Positions 22,294-31,990 are shown, numbered from the stretch's first letter. The stretch is DNA of 64,000 nt from Bdellovibrionales bacterium (GCA_050250255.1 JBFWOZ010000002.1:77655-141654); one strand, 5' to 3'. Notes: generated by a model not told the origin, from the sequence alone. Translations and numbers: made by a program.

Positions 22294-22972
22294 CTGGCTA
22301 TATTTTATTCCAGGCGTAAACCACGACAACATTCATGTGGCAACACTACTTGTCGCCTCATCGCTTTTGATTCTCTTAGGCGCATATGCACGAGTCACTC
22401 TCGGAGCTGGTGAAGTTGCGATTGAACCTGCAAAGGGAATTTCGGTTCGCGGATTTTTCGAACTCATTTACGATTTGATTATTTACCTCATCGACATGGT
22501 GATTGGTCACGACGGTCGAAAGTATGCAACGCTCTTCGCATCCGTTTTTCTTTTCGTGTTGTTCAATAACTTGATCGGCCTTCTTCCGGGAATGACTGCA
22601 GCAACAGATAACTTCAACACGACATTCGCTCTCGGTATTTTTTCTTTCGTGATGTACAACGCCTACGGAATCAAAGCGAACGGTGTTGTGAACTATGTGA
22701 AGCATTTCATGGGCCCCGTTTGGTGGTTGGCCTGGATGATCCTTCCCATCGAACTTCTTTCTCATGCGATTCGACCAGTCACTCTTGGTCTTCGTATTAT
22801 GGGTAACATCCAAGCGGATCACGGCGTATTGAGTATTTTCCTCAATATGGCTCCCTATGGAGTTCCCATGATTTTCTACGCGATGGGACTATTTGTTTGT
22901 TTTATGCAAGCTTTTATTTTTACGTTGTTGTCCATGGTTTATGTATCGATAGCCACGGCCCACGACCACTAA
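22277..22972 (+). CDS. atpB: F-type ATP synthase F0 subunit a
   Basis: 231 aa and polytopic. The essential-Arg region is RPVTLGLRIMGNIQADH. Confidence 0.9.
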   Translation: MEAHFSWLYFIPGVNHDNIHVATLLVASSLLILLGAYARVTLGAGEVAIEPAKGISVRGFFELIYDLIIYLIDMVIGHDGRKYATLFASVFLFVLFNNLIGLLPGMTAATDNFNTTFALGIFSFVMYNAYGIKANGVVNYVKHFMGPVWWLAWMILPIELLSHAIRPVTLGLRIMGNIQADHGVLSIFLNMAPYGVPMIFYAMGLFVCFMQAFIFTLLSMVYVSIATAHDH

Positions 22973-23040
22973 AGAACAAAATTGAAAATCATTTTTTAAA
23001 GAACTGAAACTTTAAAAAGAAAACACAAAAGGAGAAAACA

Positions 23041-23355
23041 ATGAAAAAAATGAATGTAGCTACCGCGTTGGTTGCAACTATGACGGCTCTTCCAGCTTTC
23101 GCACAAGAAGCTCACGCTGCTACTGGCGGTGGTGATGGACTCATCGGTGTTGGCGTTGGTTTGACACTTGGTCTCGCGGCTCTCGGTGGTACTTTCGGTC
23201 AAGGTAAAGCAGTTGCTGCGGCAATGGATGGTATCTCAAGAAATCCATCAGCTCAGCCAAAGATGTTCATCCCTTTGATTCTCGGTCTTGCCCTTATGGA
23301 ATCACTCGTGGTTCTTTCTTGGTTGATCGCGGGTCAACTGATCGGAAAAATGTAA
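23041..23355 (+). CDS. atpE: F-type ATP synthase F0 subunit c with N-terminal signal-peptide-like extension
   Basis: 104 aa. The C-terminal ~75 aa form a c-subunit hairpin ([18 protein letters not shown]...ISRNP...[11 protein letters not shown], with the carboxylate E). The first ~26 aa are [26 protein letters not shown]. Confidence 0.9.
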   Translation: MKKMNVATALVATMTALPAFAQEAHAATGGGDGLIGVGVGLTLGLAALGGTFGQGKAVAAAMDGISRNPSAQPKMFIPLILGLALMESLVVLSWLIAGQLIGKM

Positions 23356-23381
23356 TCTGAAAACTCAGATTCATTGAATGT

Positions 23382-23413
23382 AAAAAAGGCGCTCTTTTTG
23401 TAGCGCCTTTTTT
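23382..23413. terminator. bidirectional intrinsic terminator
   Basis: The sequence is AAAAAAGGCGCT-CTTTTTGT-AGCGCCTTTTTT. It lies between the convergent atpE gene and the 23481..24200 gene. Confidence 0.75.
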
Positions 23414-23480
23414 ATTTTGCGACGAGCCGTAAGCACAACGCATCTTCGCGAGAGGGACTGGGCAATGAGCGGTCTCCGCT

Positions 23481-24200
23481 TTACCGATAGATGTTATGAC
23501 CTGCCGGGATGGAATCTCCCGAAGAGAGCGTTTTTACCATCTGACCAGCCTGGTTTTCAAATATGACAGAATGGGCAAAAACAGGCGAATCTTGGCTTGG
23601 GCCCACTTGCCATCGATAGGTGAATCGGTAGCTGCGAGGCTCCCGGCTGATGAGAATAAGATCATGGCCGCGCCCACTGCCGCCCATACGCCCGGAGACT
23701 CGAGCTTCTTTAATGCCAGACCAAGCGGAGTACTTTTCGGCAACAAAAATAGGATTAAATTTCGGATCAAACCAAAGAGTAATAAAAGAAGAAAAATAGA
23801 TATGAATTTTTTGGGCCAGGATATCTTTGTTCAATTGATCTAACATAGGAATTCCGGTGGTCTTTTGAGTGAGATCAATGTCGCCCTTATTGTCTGCAAG
23901 GGCCTCTAAGGTTTTAATGACTTCAGGATCATTGAAGTGAACAATAATTCTTGAATCACCAAAGGGTCCACCTGCGGCAAAACCAAAAACAGTCGTTCCT
24001 CGTTCGGCTAAATACAGATCAAATATTTTTTTAATATCTTCAGCCGCATTTTTTGCAAGAAGTGCGCTCGTAGGCCGAGTGAGATCTTCCCGGGAGTTGT
24101 TATTATATATGGCAACTCGCGAAAGGAAGTTGAAATCGACCTCTAAGGCAGAAGCTGTAAGAGAGGAAAAGAGCAGAGAGAGGCTTAAAAACAGTTTCAT
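23481..24200 (-). CDS. secreted hypothetical protein
   Basis: 239 aa with a Sec signal peptide (MKLFLSLSLLFSSLTASA). I recognise no family. Confidence 0.55.
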   Translation of the reverse strand: MKLFLSLSLLFSSLTASALEVDFNFLSRVAIYNNNSREDLTRPTSALLAKNAAEDIKKIFDLYLAERGTTVFGFAAGGPFGDSRIIVHFNDPEVIKTLEALADNKGDIDLTQKTTGIPMLDQLNKDILAQKIHIYFSSFITLWFDPKFNPIFVAEKYSAWSGIKEARVSGRMGGSGRGHDLILISREPRSYRFTYRWQVGPSQDSPVFAHSVIFENQAGQMVKTLSSGDSIPAGHNIYR

Positions 24201-24301
24201 TGAAAAACTCCTTATTAATAATAACCAGTGCGTAAGTTAGAGGGAAACCCGATCGCACTCAACATAAAAATTGTTTATCATGAGCATTGTGCTAAATTCG
24301 T

Positions 24302-26854
24302 TTACTGCATTTTAGCGAGGAAGCGGCCAGTGTGGCTCGCTTTGACTTTGGCAACTTGCTCGGGAGTTCCGATCGCAACGATGCTTCCGCCGGCGGAGCC
24401 GCCCTCGGGACCGAGATCAATCACATGATCGCTTGAAGCGATAACGTCAAGATGATGTTCGATCACCACAACGGTGTTGCCTTGATCCACCAGCCCATGG
24501 AGAAGCTCAATTAACTTTCTAACATCATCAAAGTGAAGGCCAGTTGTCGGCTCATCCAAAATATAGAGTGAGTTGCTCGAGCTCACTCTCGAAAGTTCAC
24601 GACTTAGCTTCACGCGTTGGGCTTCGCCTCCAGAAAGCGACGTCGAACTTTGGCCGAGCGTAATGTACTCAAGCCCAACTTTGTTGAGCGTTGCGAGTTT
24701 TCGATGAATAAATTTATGGTTTTCAAAAAACGGCAATGCCTCTTTCACGCTCATGTTGAGAACGTCGGCGATGGACTTTCCCTTGTACTTGATGTTGAGA
24801 GTTTCGCGGTTATAACGCTGTCCTTGGCAAACCTCACACAACACAAAGACGTCTGGAAGAAAATGCATTTCAATTTTGATTTGGCCAGCGCCCATACACT
24901 TTTCACAGCGCCCACCCTTGACGTTAAAGCTGAAGCGGCCGGGTTTGTATCCGCGAATTTTAGAATCGGGATGTTCCGCATAGAGCAGTCGGATGAGAGA
25001 AAAGAGTCCCACATAGGTGGCGGGATTTGATCTTGGTGTGCGCCCAATGGGTCGTTGATTGATTTCAATCACGCGCTCGAGATAAGGAAGGCCTTCTATC
25101 GATTTGTAGGTGGCGGGTTGAATTTTGGGATTATTGAAATGTTTTGCAACAGCCTTGTAGAGAGTATCAATGATCAGCGTACTCTTACCGCTCCCCGAAA
25201 CGCCGGTGACCGCGATGAGCGCGTTCAAAGGAATGTCCACGTCGAGATTTTTTAAATTATTGCCGGAAGCACCGAGAAGACGAAGGCGGGAACGATCTTT
25301 TCCCATGCTGCGTCCCTTTTTTTGGATCACCGTTTCGAGTCCTGAAAGGTAGCGGGCCGTAAGACTATCTTTATTTTTCAAAACCTCTTCGACCATTCCT
25401 TCGGCCATGATGGATCCGCCAAGTATACCCGCGCGCGGTCCAATATCGAGAAGATAATCGGCCGCCCGAATAGTGTCCTCGTCATGCTCTACGAGCAAAA
25501 CGGTATTACCGCGATCACGAAGTGTACGGAGAGTATCGAGGAGACGATGGTGATCTCGAGGGTGAAGTCCGATGCTTGGTTCATCTAGCACATAGAGAAC
25601 GCCGACAAGAGAAGTTCCGATTTGGGTGGCAAGTCTCACGCGCTGAGCTTCGCCACCTGAGAGTGTATGGATGGAACGATTGAGAGATAAATAACCCACC
25701 CCAACCTCATTGAGATAAGAAAGCCTGGAAAAAATTTGTGAAAGAATTTTCTCTGAAACGACGGTTTCTCGCTCAGGCCACTTCGTGTTTTTAAGTCCAT
25801 CTTCCAGATGAGAGATCTGAAGTTCCGACATGTCCATGATGTTTTTGTTATCGATCAGAACCGAAAGGCTCTCTTTTTTGAGTCGTCGGCCCAGGCACGA
25901 GCTACAAACGGTAGCAACCGCTTCATAACCATCACCAGCCTCATCATCAGGATCAATCTCTTCGTCCTCGGGATAGAAAAATCCAATTCCATTACATTCG
26001 GGACATGCACCACGTGGATTGTTGAAACTAAAAAATCTTGGCTCTATTTCTGGAAAGTTAAATCCACACTTTTGGCAGGCGGATTTTAGTGAATAGGTTT
26101 TTATCTCTTTACCGAGAATTTCAATGCTGACCAGACCGCTCGCCAACTTCACAGCCGCACTCACAGCATCGTTCGTACGTTTGCTAAACTCATCGCGCAC
26201 AACGAGTCGGTCGATAATGAGGTCAATGTCGTGCGGGATTGTTTTTTTAAGTTTTCTGGCAGCGGCAAGTTCAATAACCTGGCCATCCACGCGGGCCTTG
26301 GTGTAGCCCATCTTGATCCAGCGAGCGAATTCTTGATGAAACTCTCCCTTTTTCCCACGAGCGACGGGGGCAAGGACAATGAACTTCGTTTCATTTTTGT
26401 TTTCAAAGACAAGTTTGCAGATGTTTTCGACACTTTGTTTGGTAACGGCAATGTGGCAATTAGGACAATGGGGTACGCCCACGCGAGCAAAAAGTAATCT
26501 CAGATAATCGTAAATTTCGGTTACGGTTCCAACGGTAGAGCGTGGATTGACCGAAGAAGTCTTTTGTTCGATCGCGATCGCTGGGGAAAGACCTTTTACG
26601 TAATCGACTTCCGGTTTTTTGAGTTGTTCTAAAAAGTTTCGAGCATAAGCCGAGAGACTCTCGACGTAGCGGCGCTGCCCTTCGGCATAAATGGTGTCAA
26701 ACGCAAGGCTTGATTTCCCGCTCCCACTCAGACCCGTGACGACCGTGATTTTGTTACGAGGAATTTGAACGTCGATATTTTTAAGGTTGTGCTCACGCGC
26801 GCCCTTAACGGTGACGCCGTCAAAGTTCTCTACGATTTTTTTACCCTTACTCAT
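24302..26854 (-). CDS. uvrA: excinuclease ABC subunit A (UvrA) with a truncated insertion domain
   Basis: 850 aa with two ABC modules (GLSGSGKSSL and GVSGSGKSTL), LSGGEAQR signatures and zinc-finger Cys pairs. Only 29 aa lie between CPEC (284-287) and CSSC (317-320). Confidence 0.9.
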   Translation of the reverse strand: MSKGKKIVENFDGVTVKGAREHNLKNIDVQIPRNKITVVTGLSGSGKSSLAFDTIYAEGQRRYVESLSAYARNFLEQLKKPEVDYVKGLSPAIAIEQKTSSVNPRSTVGTVTEIYDYLRLLFARVGVPHCPNCHIAVTKQSVENICKLVFENKNETKFIVLAPVARGKKGEFHQEFARWIKMGYTKARVDGQVIELAAARKLKKTIPHDIDLIIDRLVVRDEFSKRTNDAVSAAVKLASGLVSIEILGKEIKTYSLKSACQKCGFNFPEIEPRFFSFNNPRGACPECNGIGFFYPEDEEIDPDDEAGDGYEAVATVCSSCLGRRLKKESLSVLIDNKNIMDMSELQISHLEDGLKNTKWPERETVVSEKILSQIFSRLSYLNEVGVGYLSLNRSIHTLSGGEAQRVRLATQIGTSLVGVLYVLDEPSIGLHPRDHHRLLDTLRTLRDRGNTVLLVEHDEDTIRAADYLLDIGPRAGILGGSIMAEGMVEEVLKNKDSLTARYLSGLETVIQKKGRSMGKDRSRLRLLGASGNNLKNLDVDIPLNALIAVTGVSGSGKSTLIIDTLYKAVAKHFNNPKIQPATYKSIEGLPYLERVIEINQRPIGRTPRSNPATYVGLFSLIRLLYAEHPDSKIRGYKPGRFSFNVKGGRCEKCMGAGQIKIEMHFLPDVFVLCEVCQGQRYNRETLNIKYKGKSIADVLNMSVKEALPFFENHKFIHRKLATLNKVGLEYITLGQSSTSLSGGEAQRVKLSRELSRVSSSNSLYILDEPTTGLHFDDVRKLIELLHGLVDQGNTVVVIEHHLDVIASSDHVIDLGPEGGSAGGSIVAIGTPEQVAKVKASHTGRFLAKMQ

Positions 26855-28218
26855 AGTAAATCTTTAATTGCCGACTCGAATTCGCCTTGGATTTCTTTTA
26901 ATCCTGCTTCTGTGGAGGATTCAAATCGAAGAACCAAAACAGGTTGTGTGTTGGAAGCTCGAGCAAGGGCCCAGCCATCTTTAAAACTCACACGAACACC
27001 ATCGGTAAAGTCGGCGCGGTAGCGCTCAGACTTGGGAGTGTATTTTTTAATGAGAAAATCCACGATGGAGCGTTTTTTCTGTTCGGTCGTATCAATTCGT
27101 AGTTCCGGCGTGTTGTAAGCGGTGGGGAGTCCTTCAAGAAGTTCAGCAATTGTTTTTCCAGTTCGAGAAAGAATTTCCACAACGCGGATTCCGGCGTAAA
27201 GAGCATCATCATAACCGTAGTTACGATCGGCAAAGAAAATATGCCCGCTCATTTCTCCACCGAAAGGAGATTTTTCTTCTTTGATTTTGTCTTTGATTAA
27301 GCTATGCCCTGTTTTCCACATAATAGGACGACCGCCTAATTTTTTAATATCTGCGTACAGGCGATCAGAGCACTTTACGTCGCCGATGATAGGTTGGCCA
27401 GGCTTTGACTTTAAAATATCACGAGAGACAAGCACCATAAGCTCATCCCCGTAAATCATGCGTCCTGTATCGTCGACAAGACCAATGCGATCCGCATCTC
27501 CGTCAAAACCAATTCCGACAAGTGACTTAGTGGCCTTCACTTCTTTTACGAGTGCAACCAGGTTCTTTTCAACCGTTGGATCTGGATGGTGATTAGGAAA
27601 TAGGCCATCTGGTTCTTCAAAAAGAATTTTTGGCTTTAATCCCACCGCTTCATAAAGTTTGCGAGCGACGCAACCCGCGGCACCGTTTCCGCAATCAAGA
27701 ACAAATGGAATAGATTTTAATCCCGCAAACTCTTCCTTATAGCGGGCGACATAATCATCAAGAATGTCGTGCTTTTCCCAAGAGCCTTTTCCAGAGACAA
27801 AATCTTCGGAATCAATAATGGTCTGAAGTTTTTTAATTTTCTCTCCGAAGATGGTTCCTTTGCCGACGGAAATTTTAAAACCATTATACTCTGGAGGATT
27901 GTGACTGCCCGTCACCATAATTGCGCCATCAACATCCATGTGGAATGTCGAGAAGTAAGAAATCGGCGTGGTGACAAGACCCAGATGATAAACATGGGCA
28001 CCGCTCTCCATATAGCCTTCAACAATCGCTTGGGCTAAAGAAGGAGAAGAGAGTCGCGCATCATGTCCTACGGTGAGGCGAAGAGAAGTTTTGCCCGTTT
28101 GAGCTTTGATGAAAGACACGTGAGCCTTTGCAAGCTGCTTCGCAAAGCTCTCGTCAAAGTCGACTTTGTAAACGCCGCGAATATCATATTCTCTATAAAT
28201 TTCAGGATTCGTTTTCAT
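26851..28218 (-). CDS. phosphomannomutase/phosphoglucomutase
   Basis: 455 aa with the phosphoserine loop TGSHNPPEYNG, Mg site GFDGDADR and sugar loop GGEMSGH. Its TGA stop overlaps the uvrA ATG. Confidence 0.9.
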   Translation of the reverse strand: MKTNPEIYREYDIRGVYKVDFDESFAKQLAKAHVSFIKAQTGKTSLRLTVGHDARLSSPSLAQAIVEGYMESGAHVYHLGLVTTPISYFSTFHMDVDGAIMVTGSHNPPEYNGFKISVGKGTIFGEKIKKLQTIIDSEDFVSGKGSWEKHDILDDYVARYKEEFAGLKSIPFVLDCGNGAAGCVARKLYEAVGLKPKILFEEPDGLFPNHHPDPTVEKNLVALVKEVKATKSLVGIGFDGDADRIGLVDDTGRMIYGDELMVLVSRDILKSKPGQPIIGDVKCSDRLYADIKKLGGRPIMWKTGHSLIKDKIKEEKSPFGGEMSGHIFFADRNYGYDDALYAGIRVVEILSRTGKTIAELLEGLPTAYNTPELRIDTTEQKKRSIVDFLIKKYTPKSERYRADFTDGVRVSFKDGWALARASNTQPVLVLRFESSTEAGLKEIQGEFESAIKDLL

Positions 28219-29206
28219 GCTTCTCCTTAGCCTTTGTTTCGTCGGCTTTGAGCTTGGCTAAATCAATAGCCCATTTCAATGCTTGTATCATAGATTCGGG
28301 GTTGGCGCGATCTTTACCAAAGATGTCCTTTGCGGTGCCGTGATCAACGCTGGTTCTCACAAAAGGAAGTCCCATTGTAATATGTACGCCGGCAAGCCCA
28401 TGAATCATTTTAAAGGGGATTAATCCTTGGTCATGATAGGGACTTACGTAAATGGAATATTTTTTCCAGTTTTGTTTTTGAAATGCGACGTCAGGCACCA
28501 GAGGGCCGTCCACTGGCAACTTTTCTTTTTTCAGCTTTTCGATGAGGGGTAAAAAGTATTTCTGTTCTTCGTTTCCGATAAGGCCGCTCTCTCCTGCATG
28601 GGGATTCAGCCCCACGAGCGCGATGGGCTTAGAGGCTTGTTTCTTGGGAAGCCATTGTCTGAGCGTCATTGAGTGACGTATCGCCGCTTCAAGCCGCTCG
28701 GAAGAAAGTTGTCCTGCAATCTCCTCGACAGCTAAGTGTCCCGTCGCAAGGACTACAGAAAACTGATCGCCCACAAAAGACATGTAAAGAGGATTCGACT
28801 TCGCAATTCTTTTTAAAATTTCGGTGTGGCCTAAATCTTTTTGTCCACCCGCCACGATAGAAGTTTTGGAAAGAGGTGCGGTGGCGATAGCGTCGACATG
28901 CCCGTAAAGACCAGCCTTCGCAGATTCTTCGACCCAACTTCCCGGAGGTCGGTTGGAATTGATATCCACTAAAACCTTTGGAGAATCGAGAGAAACCTTA
29001 AGGGCTTCGGGCCAAGTGAGAACAGTTTGTCGTTTGAAATAAGAATCAAGTCGGCGTAAATATTTTTTTGATGCTTGCGGCGCGCGCCAGAGAAAAAAAT
29101 TGGCACCCACCTTGGGGCCAATCTTGATCAATGCCTTGGCCGTGATTTCGAGCCCGATACCATCCACATCGCCAGTTGTGATGACAATTTTCAGGGGCTT
29201 TTTCAC
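28202..29206 (-). CDS. pdxA: 4-hydroxythreonine-4-phosphate dehydrogenase PdxA
   Basis: It has the motifs GLNPHAGE and GLPFVRTSVDHGTA. The ORF extends to 29275. The GTG at 29206 (VKKPLKIVITTGD) overlaps the upstream TGA in a GTGA arrangement and gives a normal length of about 334 aa. Confidence 0.85.
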   Translation of the reverse strand: MKKPLKIVITTGDVDGIGLEITAKALIKIGPKVGANFFLWRAPQASKKYLRRLDSYFKRQTVLTWPEALKVSLDSPKVLVDINSNRPPGSWVEESAKAGLYGHVDAIATAPLSKTSIVAGGQKDLGHTEILKRIAKSNPLYMSFVGDQFSVVLATGHLAVEEIAGQLSSERLEAAIRHSMTLRQWLPKKQASKPIALVGLNPHAGESGLIGNEEQKYFLPLIEKLKKEKLPVDGPLVPDVAFQKQNWKKYSIYVSPYHDQGLIPFKMIHGLAGVHITMGLPFVRTSVDHGTAKDIFGKDRANPESMIQALKWAIDLAKLKADETKAKEKHENES

Positions 29207-30183
29207 TTGGAATTCATCGCAATGCCGGGCTCGTTGACTCGAATAAAAGATTCTCGTCGCTTCTGATCCAGCCAAAAGCTAAATTGTTTTTTGAAAGCCG
29301 CTTGATAAAGCACTTGGCGAATGCGCTCTTTCTCACCCTCAAGCTTTGGATCTGCAATTAAGCGTCGGTCCAAGAGTTTTAAGATATGAATACCGGTCTT
29401 GGTATAGACAAGACCCGTCACCTGACCAACCTCGACCTTTGCTGCCGCGGACTCAAGCTCTTTTAAAAACTCACCTGTTTTAAATGTTCCAAGCAGACCA
29501 CCGGAAGAAAAATTAGGATCTTCACTGTACTTTGAAGCAAGAGTCTCAAAAGATTCTCCAGAGCGAATGCGCTCAAGAACCTGTTTCGCTTTTCGCTCCG
29601 CATTTTTAAAGGAGCCACCATCATTCATAAAAAGAATGTGCGAAACTTTGTATTCGAAGCTGTCCTTTGCCGTCGCCCCCCCACTTCGATGAGTTAAGTA
29701 GTAGGCCGAAATTTCCTCATCAGAAATTTTAATTTTTGAAGTCACCGATTGTTCGATAATGGACTGACGTTCAAGACGTTTTTTTAAAAACTCCTGATAT
29801 TCAGAAAAACTAGTGCCCTGACTTTTTAGCGCTTCTTTGAGCTGCGTACGATTAATGCCGTTTCGGCTCGTGATTTTACTGATTTCTTTTTCAACCTGCT
29901 CAATCGTGACCGTAAGACCTTTCTTCTTCACTTCCGAATCGATCACCTTTTCATCCACCATATGACGAATGAGAGCTTTGCGATCCTTCAAGAGACCTTG
30001 GCTGTCTTCGGATAAGAGATCATCGACAATCGCGCCGGTTTTGAGTCGTTGGGCAAATCGATCAACATCGGTTTTCAAAATAATATCGTCATTCACAATG
30101 GCAATGACTCGCTCAACAACATCACCGGCTGTGGCGAAAGAAAAGGAGAGAAGGAAAAGAGATGTGATGAATGGCTTTATCAT
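29203..30183 (-). CDS. SurA-like periplasmic chaperone / parvulin PPIase
   Basis: 326 aa. A signal peptide is followed by a SurA-N-like segment (VIAIVNDDIILKTDVDR) and one parvulin domain (HILF...GGLLG...GIHILKLLD). Confidence 0.8.
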   Translation of the reverse strand: MIKPFITSLFLLSFSFATAGDVVERVIAIVNDDIILKTDVDRFAQRLKTGAIVDDLLSEDSQGLLKDRKALIRHMVDEKVIDSEVKKKGLTVTIEQVEKEISKITSRNGINRTQLKEALKSQGTSFSEYQEFLKKRLERQSIIEQSVTSKIKISDEEISAYYLTHRSGGATAKDSFEYKVSHILFMNDGGSFKNAERKAKQVLERIRSGESFETLASKYSEDPNFSSGGLLGTFKTGEFLKELESAAAKVEVGQVTGLVYTKTGIHILKLLDRRLIADPKLEGEKERIRQVLYQAAFKKQFSFWLDQKRRESFIRVNEPGIAMNSK

Positions 30184-31157
30184 TTTTGCCCCTCAGTGTG
30201 CACGTTTACAGAACGAATCAAAGCGTCGTCCTTCAATACTTTGGCACTTTTTGTCTGTTCGCCCAACCATTTTTCAAACATTTCCCGCTCTTTCTGCAGT
30301 CGTAAGTTTTTTATAATAGTTGGTCGTGCGCCTGCAAGGGAGAGTTGCGTGGCGGGCTTTTTTCCAAGCGCTTCAAAAATATGGTAACCATAGGCGCTTT
30401 TAATAATATCGCTGCGGGCGCCCACATTCATTTTAAAGGCGTCGTCGAATACGCCAAGGACGCCTTTTTCCACCCATCCGGTGTCCCCACCCTCTTTTGA
30501 CTCAGGTGCGATAGAAAATTCGCGAGCCATTTTCTCGAGGCCCCCGCCTTGACGAATACGAGCCATCACGCGTCGGGCATCGTCTTCTTTTTCGAGAACG
30601 ACCTGCCGAAGGCGTATGCGTGCCGGTTTTTCAAAGTCCGATTTATGGCTGCTGTAGTATTCTTGCACTTCCTGGTCGGTGGGCCCTGCGACAGACTTCG
30701 ACAATTTTTCGAAGACGAGTCGTTCGTAAAGATTTTGTTTTAAGCCCTCTTTCCAGCGCTCAAAGGTCATTCCCTCTTGAGAAAAAGCATTTCGAAAGGA
30801 AATATCGTCAGGGTAAGAGGAGCGCACGCGATTGATTTCGGCCTGTAGAGCGCTCTCATCGATGGTAATGCCATTCTTGATGGCCCAGGCTTCAGTGAGG
30901 GAAGCGGCAATAAATTCAGAAACGATTTCTTCTTTTACTCGATCCAAACTCTCTTTTTGTTTTGCATAGAGAGCGTCATACTCTTTAATTCGAGAGACCA
31001 CTCTTCGTCCAAACTCTTCCGAAGTCAGTTTTTTTTCATTCACAACGACAAGTGGTTTTTGGGGAAGCTCTTCACTAGAGCGAGTGCAGCCTATTCCTAA
31101 ATAGGAAAAAAGAAAAAAGCCCAAGACATGGGCTTGTAAGATCGAAAGCTTTTTCAT
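30180..31157 (-). CDS. parvulin-type PPIase lipoprotein (PrsA/SurA-like)
   Basis: The track start is a TTG at 31169. The ATG at 31157 gives MKKLSILQAHVLGFFLFSYLGIGC, which has a lipobox. The parvulin domain is RLRQVVL...GDTGWV...YGYHIFE. Confidence 0.75.
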   Translation of the reverse strand: MKKLSILQAHVLGFFLFSYLGIGCTRSSEELPQKPLVVVNEKKLTSEEFGRRVVSRIKEYDALYAKQKESLDRVKEEIVSEFIAASLTEAWAIKNGITIDESALQAEINRVRSSYPDDISFRNAFSQEGMTFERWKEGLKQNLYERLVFEKLSKSVAGPTDQEVQEYYSSHKSDFEKPARIRLRQVVLEKEDDARRVMARIRQGGGLEKMAREFSIAPESKEGGDTGWVEKGVLGVFDDAFKMNVGARSDIIKSAYGYHIFEALGKKPATQLSLAGARPTIIKNLRLQKEREMFEKWLGEQTKSAKVLKDDALIRSVNVHTEGQK

Positions 31158-31171
31158 AGGAAAATCCAAAT

Positions 31172-31990
31172 TTAAAATTTGTTCTTCAGAACTCTAACTT
31201 TGTAGCTGGATTTCAACTTTTCAAAGTATTTGTCGAAAATTTGTTTTCGTTTTTCGTCGAAAACAGCGGCGCGAATTTGTCGCTTGTTTGCTTTTGTGTA
31301 GGGGTTGCGACCCGTGAGCTTTATAATATGAAATCCAAACTCAGTTTCGACTAAGCGAGAAATCGCCCCCACTTTTAGGAGCTCGGCCGTGTTGTAGTAC
31401 GCGGGAACAAGAGTGATTTTAGTCTGCCAGCCGATATCTCCACCCGCTTGTTTTGTTGCGGTATCGTCCGAGTAGAGATTGACGAGTTCTTCGAAGCTGC
31501 GCTTGCTGGATTTCACTTGAGAGTAAATGTCATCAGCACGTTTTTTAGCAGCTGCACGTTCAGTAGCAGAAGAGCCTGGTTTGATCTCAATCAAGATGTG
31601 GCTTGTTCTGATTTCAGGATTTTTTTTATAGTGAGCAACGAGATCGTTCTCGTTAATTTTAATACCTTCGACGGTTTTGCCGAGCTCTTTTTCGATTAAA
31701 CCTTTATAAATTTCCTGCTGAATGCGTTCGGCTACAATCGGATCGTCTTTAATTTTTCGTTTTTCAGCCTCAAGAAGACCAATTTTATAACGAATAAGAT
31801 CTTCTAAGAAGAGTTCACGTGGAGGAGGATTTAATGACTGCTTTCGAACCTCTTCGTAGCGCTTACTAAACTCATCGATCGCGATTTTTTCATCGCCAAC
31901 AGTAGCAATCACTTCGGATTGTGCCTGGGCTGCAAAAGAAAAAAAGATCAATCCAAAGGCAATGTATAGACTCAAAGTAGTTTTCATCAT
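31172..31990 (-). CDS. parvulin-type PPIase, secreted (SurA/PpiC-like)
   Basis: 272 aa with a signal peptide (FSFAAQAQS) and a parvulin domain (TSHILI...GGDIGW...FGFHIIKL). Confidence 0.75.
   Translation of the reverse strand: MMKTTLSLYIAFGLIFFSFAAQAQSEVIATVGDEKIAIDEFSKRYEEVRKQSLNPPPRELFLEDLIRYKIGLLEAEKRKIKDDPIVAERIQQEIYKGLIEKELGKTVEGIKINENDLVAHYKKNPEIRTSHILIEIKPGSSATERAAAKKRADDIYSQVKSSKRSFEELVNLYSDDTATKQAGGDIGWQTKITLVPAYYNTAELLKVGAISRLVETEFGFHIIKLTGRNPYTKANKRQIRAAVFDEKRKQIFDKYFEKLKSSYKVRVLKNKF

Noticed and set aside
22376-22822. A 148-aa ORF antisense to atpB.
   Set aside because: This is the same codon-aligned antisense artefact, in phase with the atpB codons. It lies entirely inside a well-supported gene.
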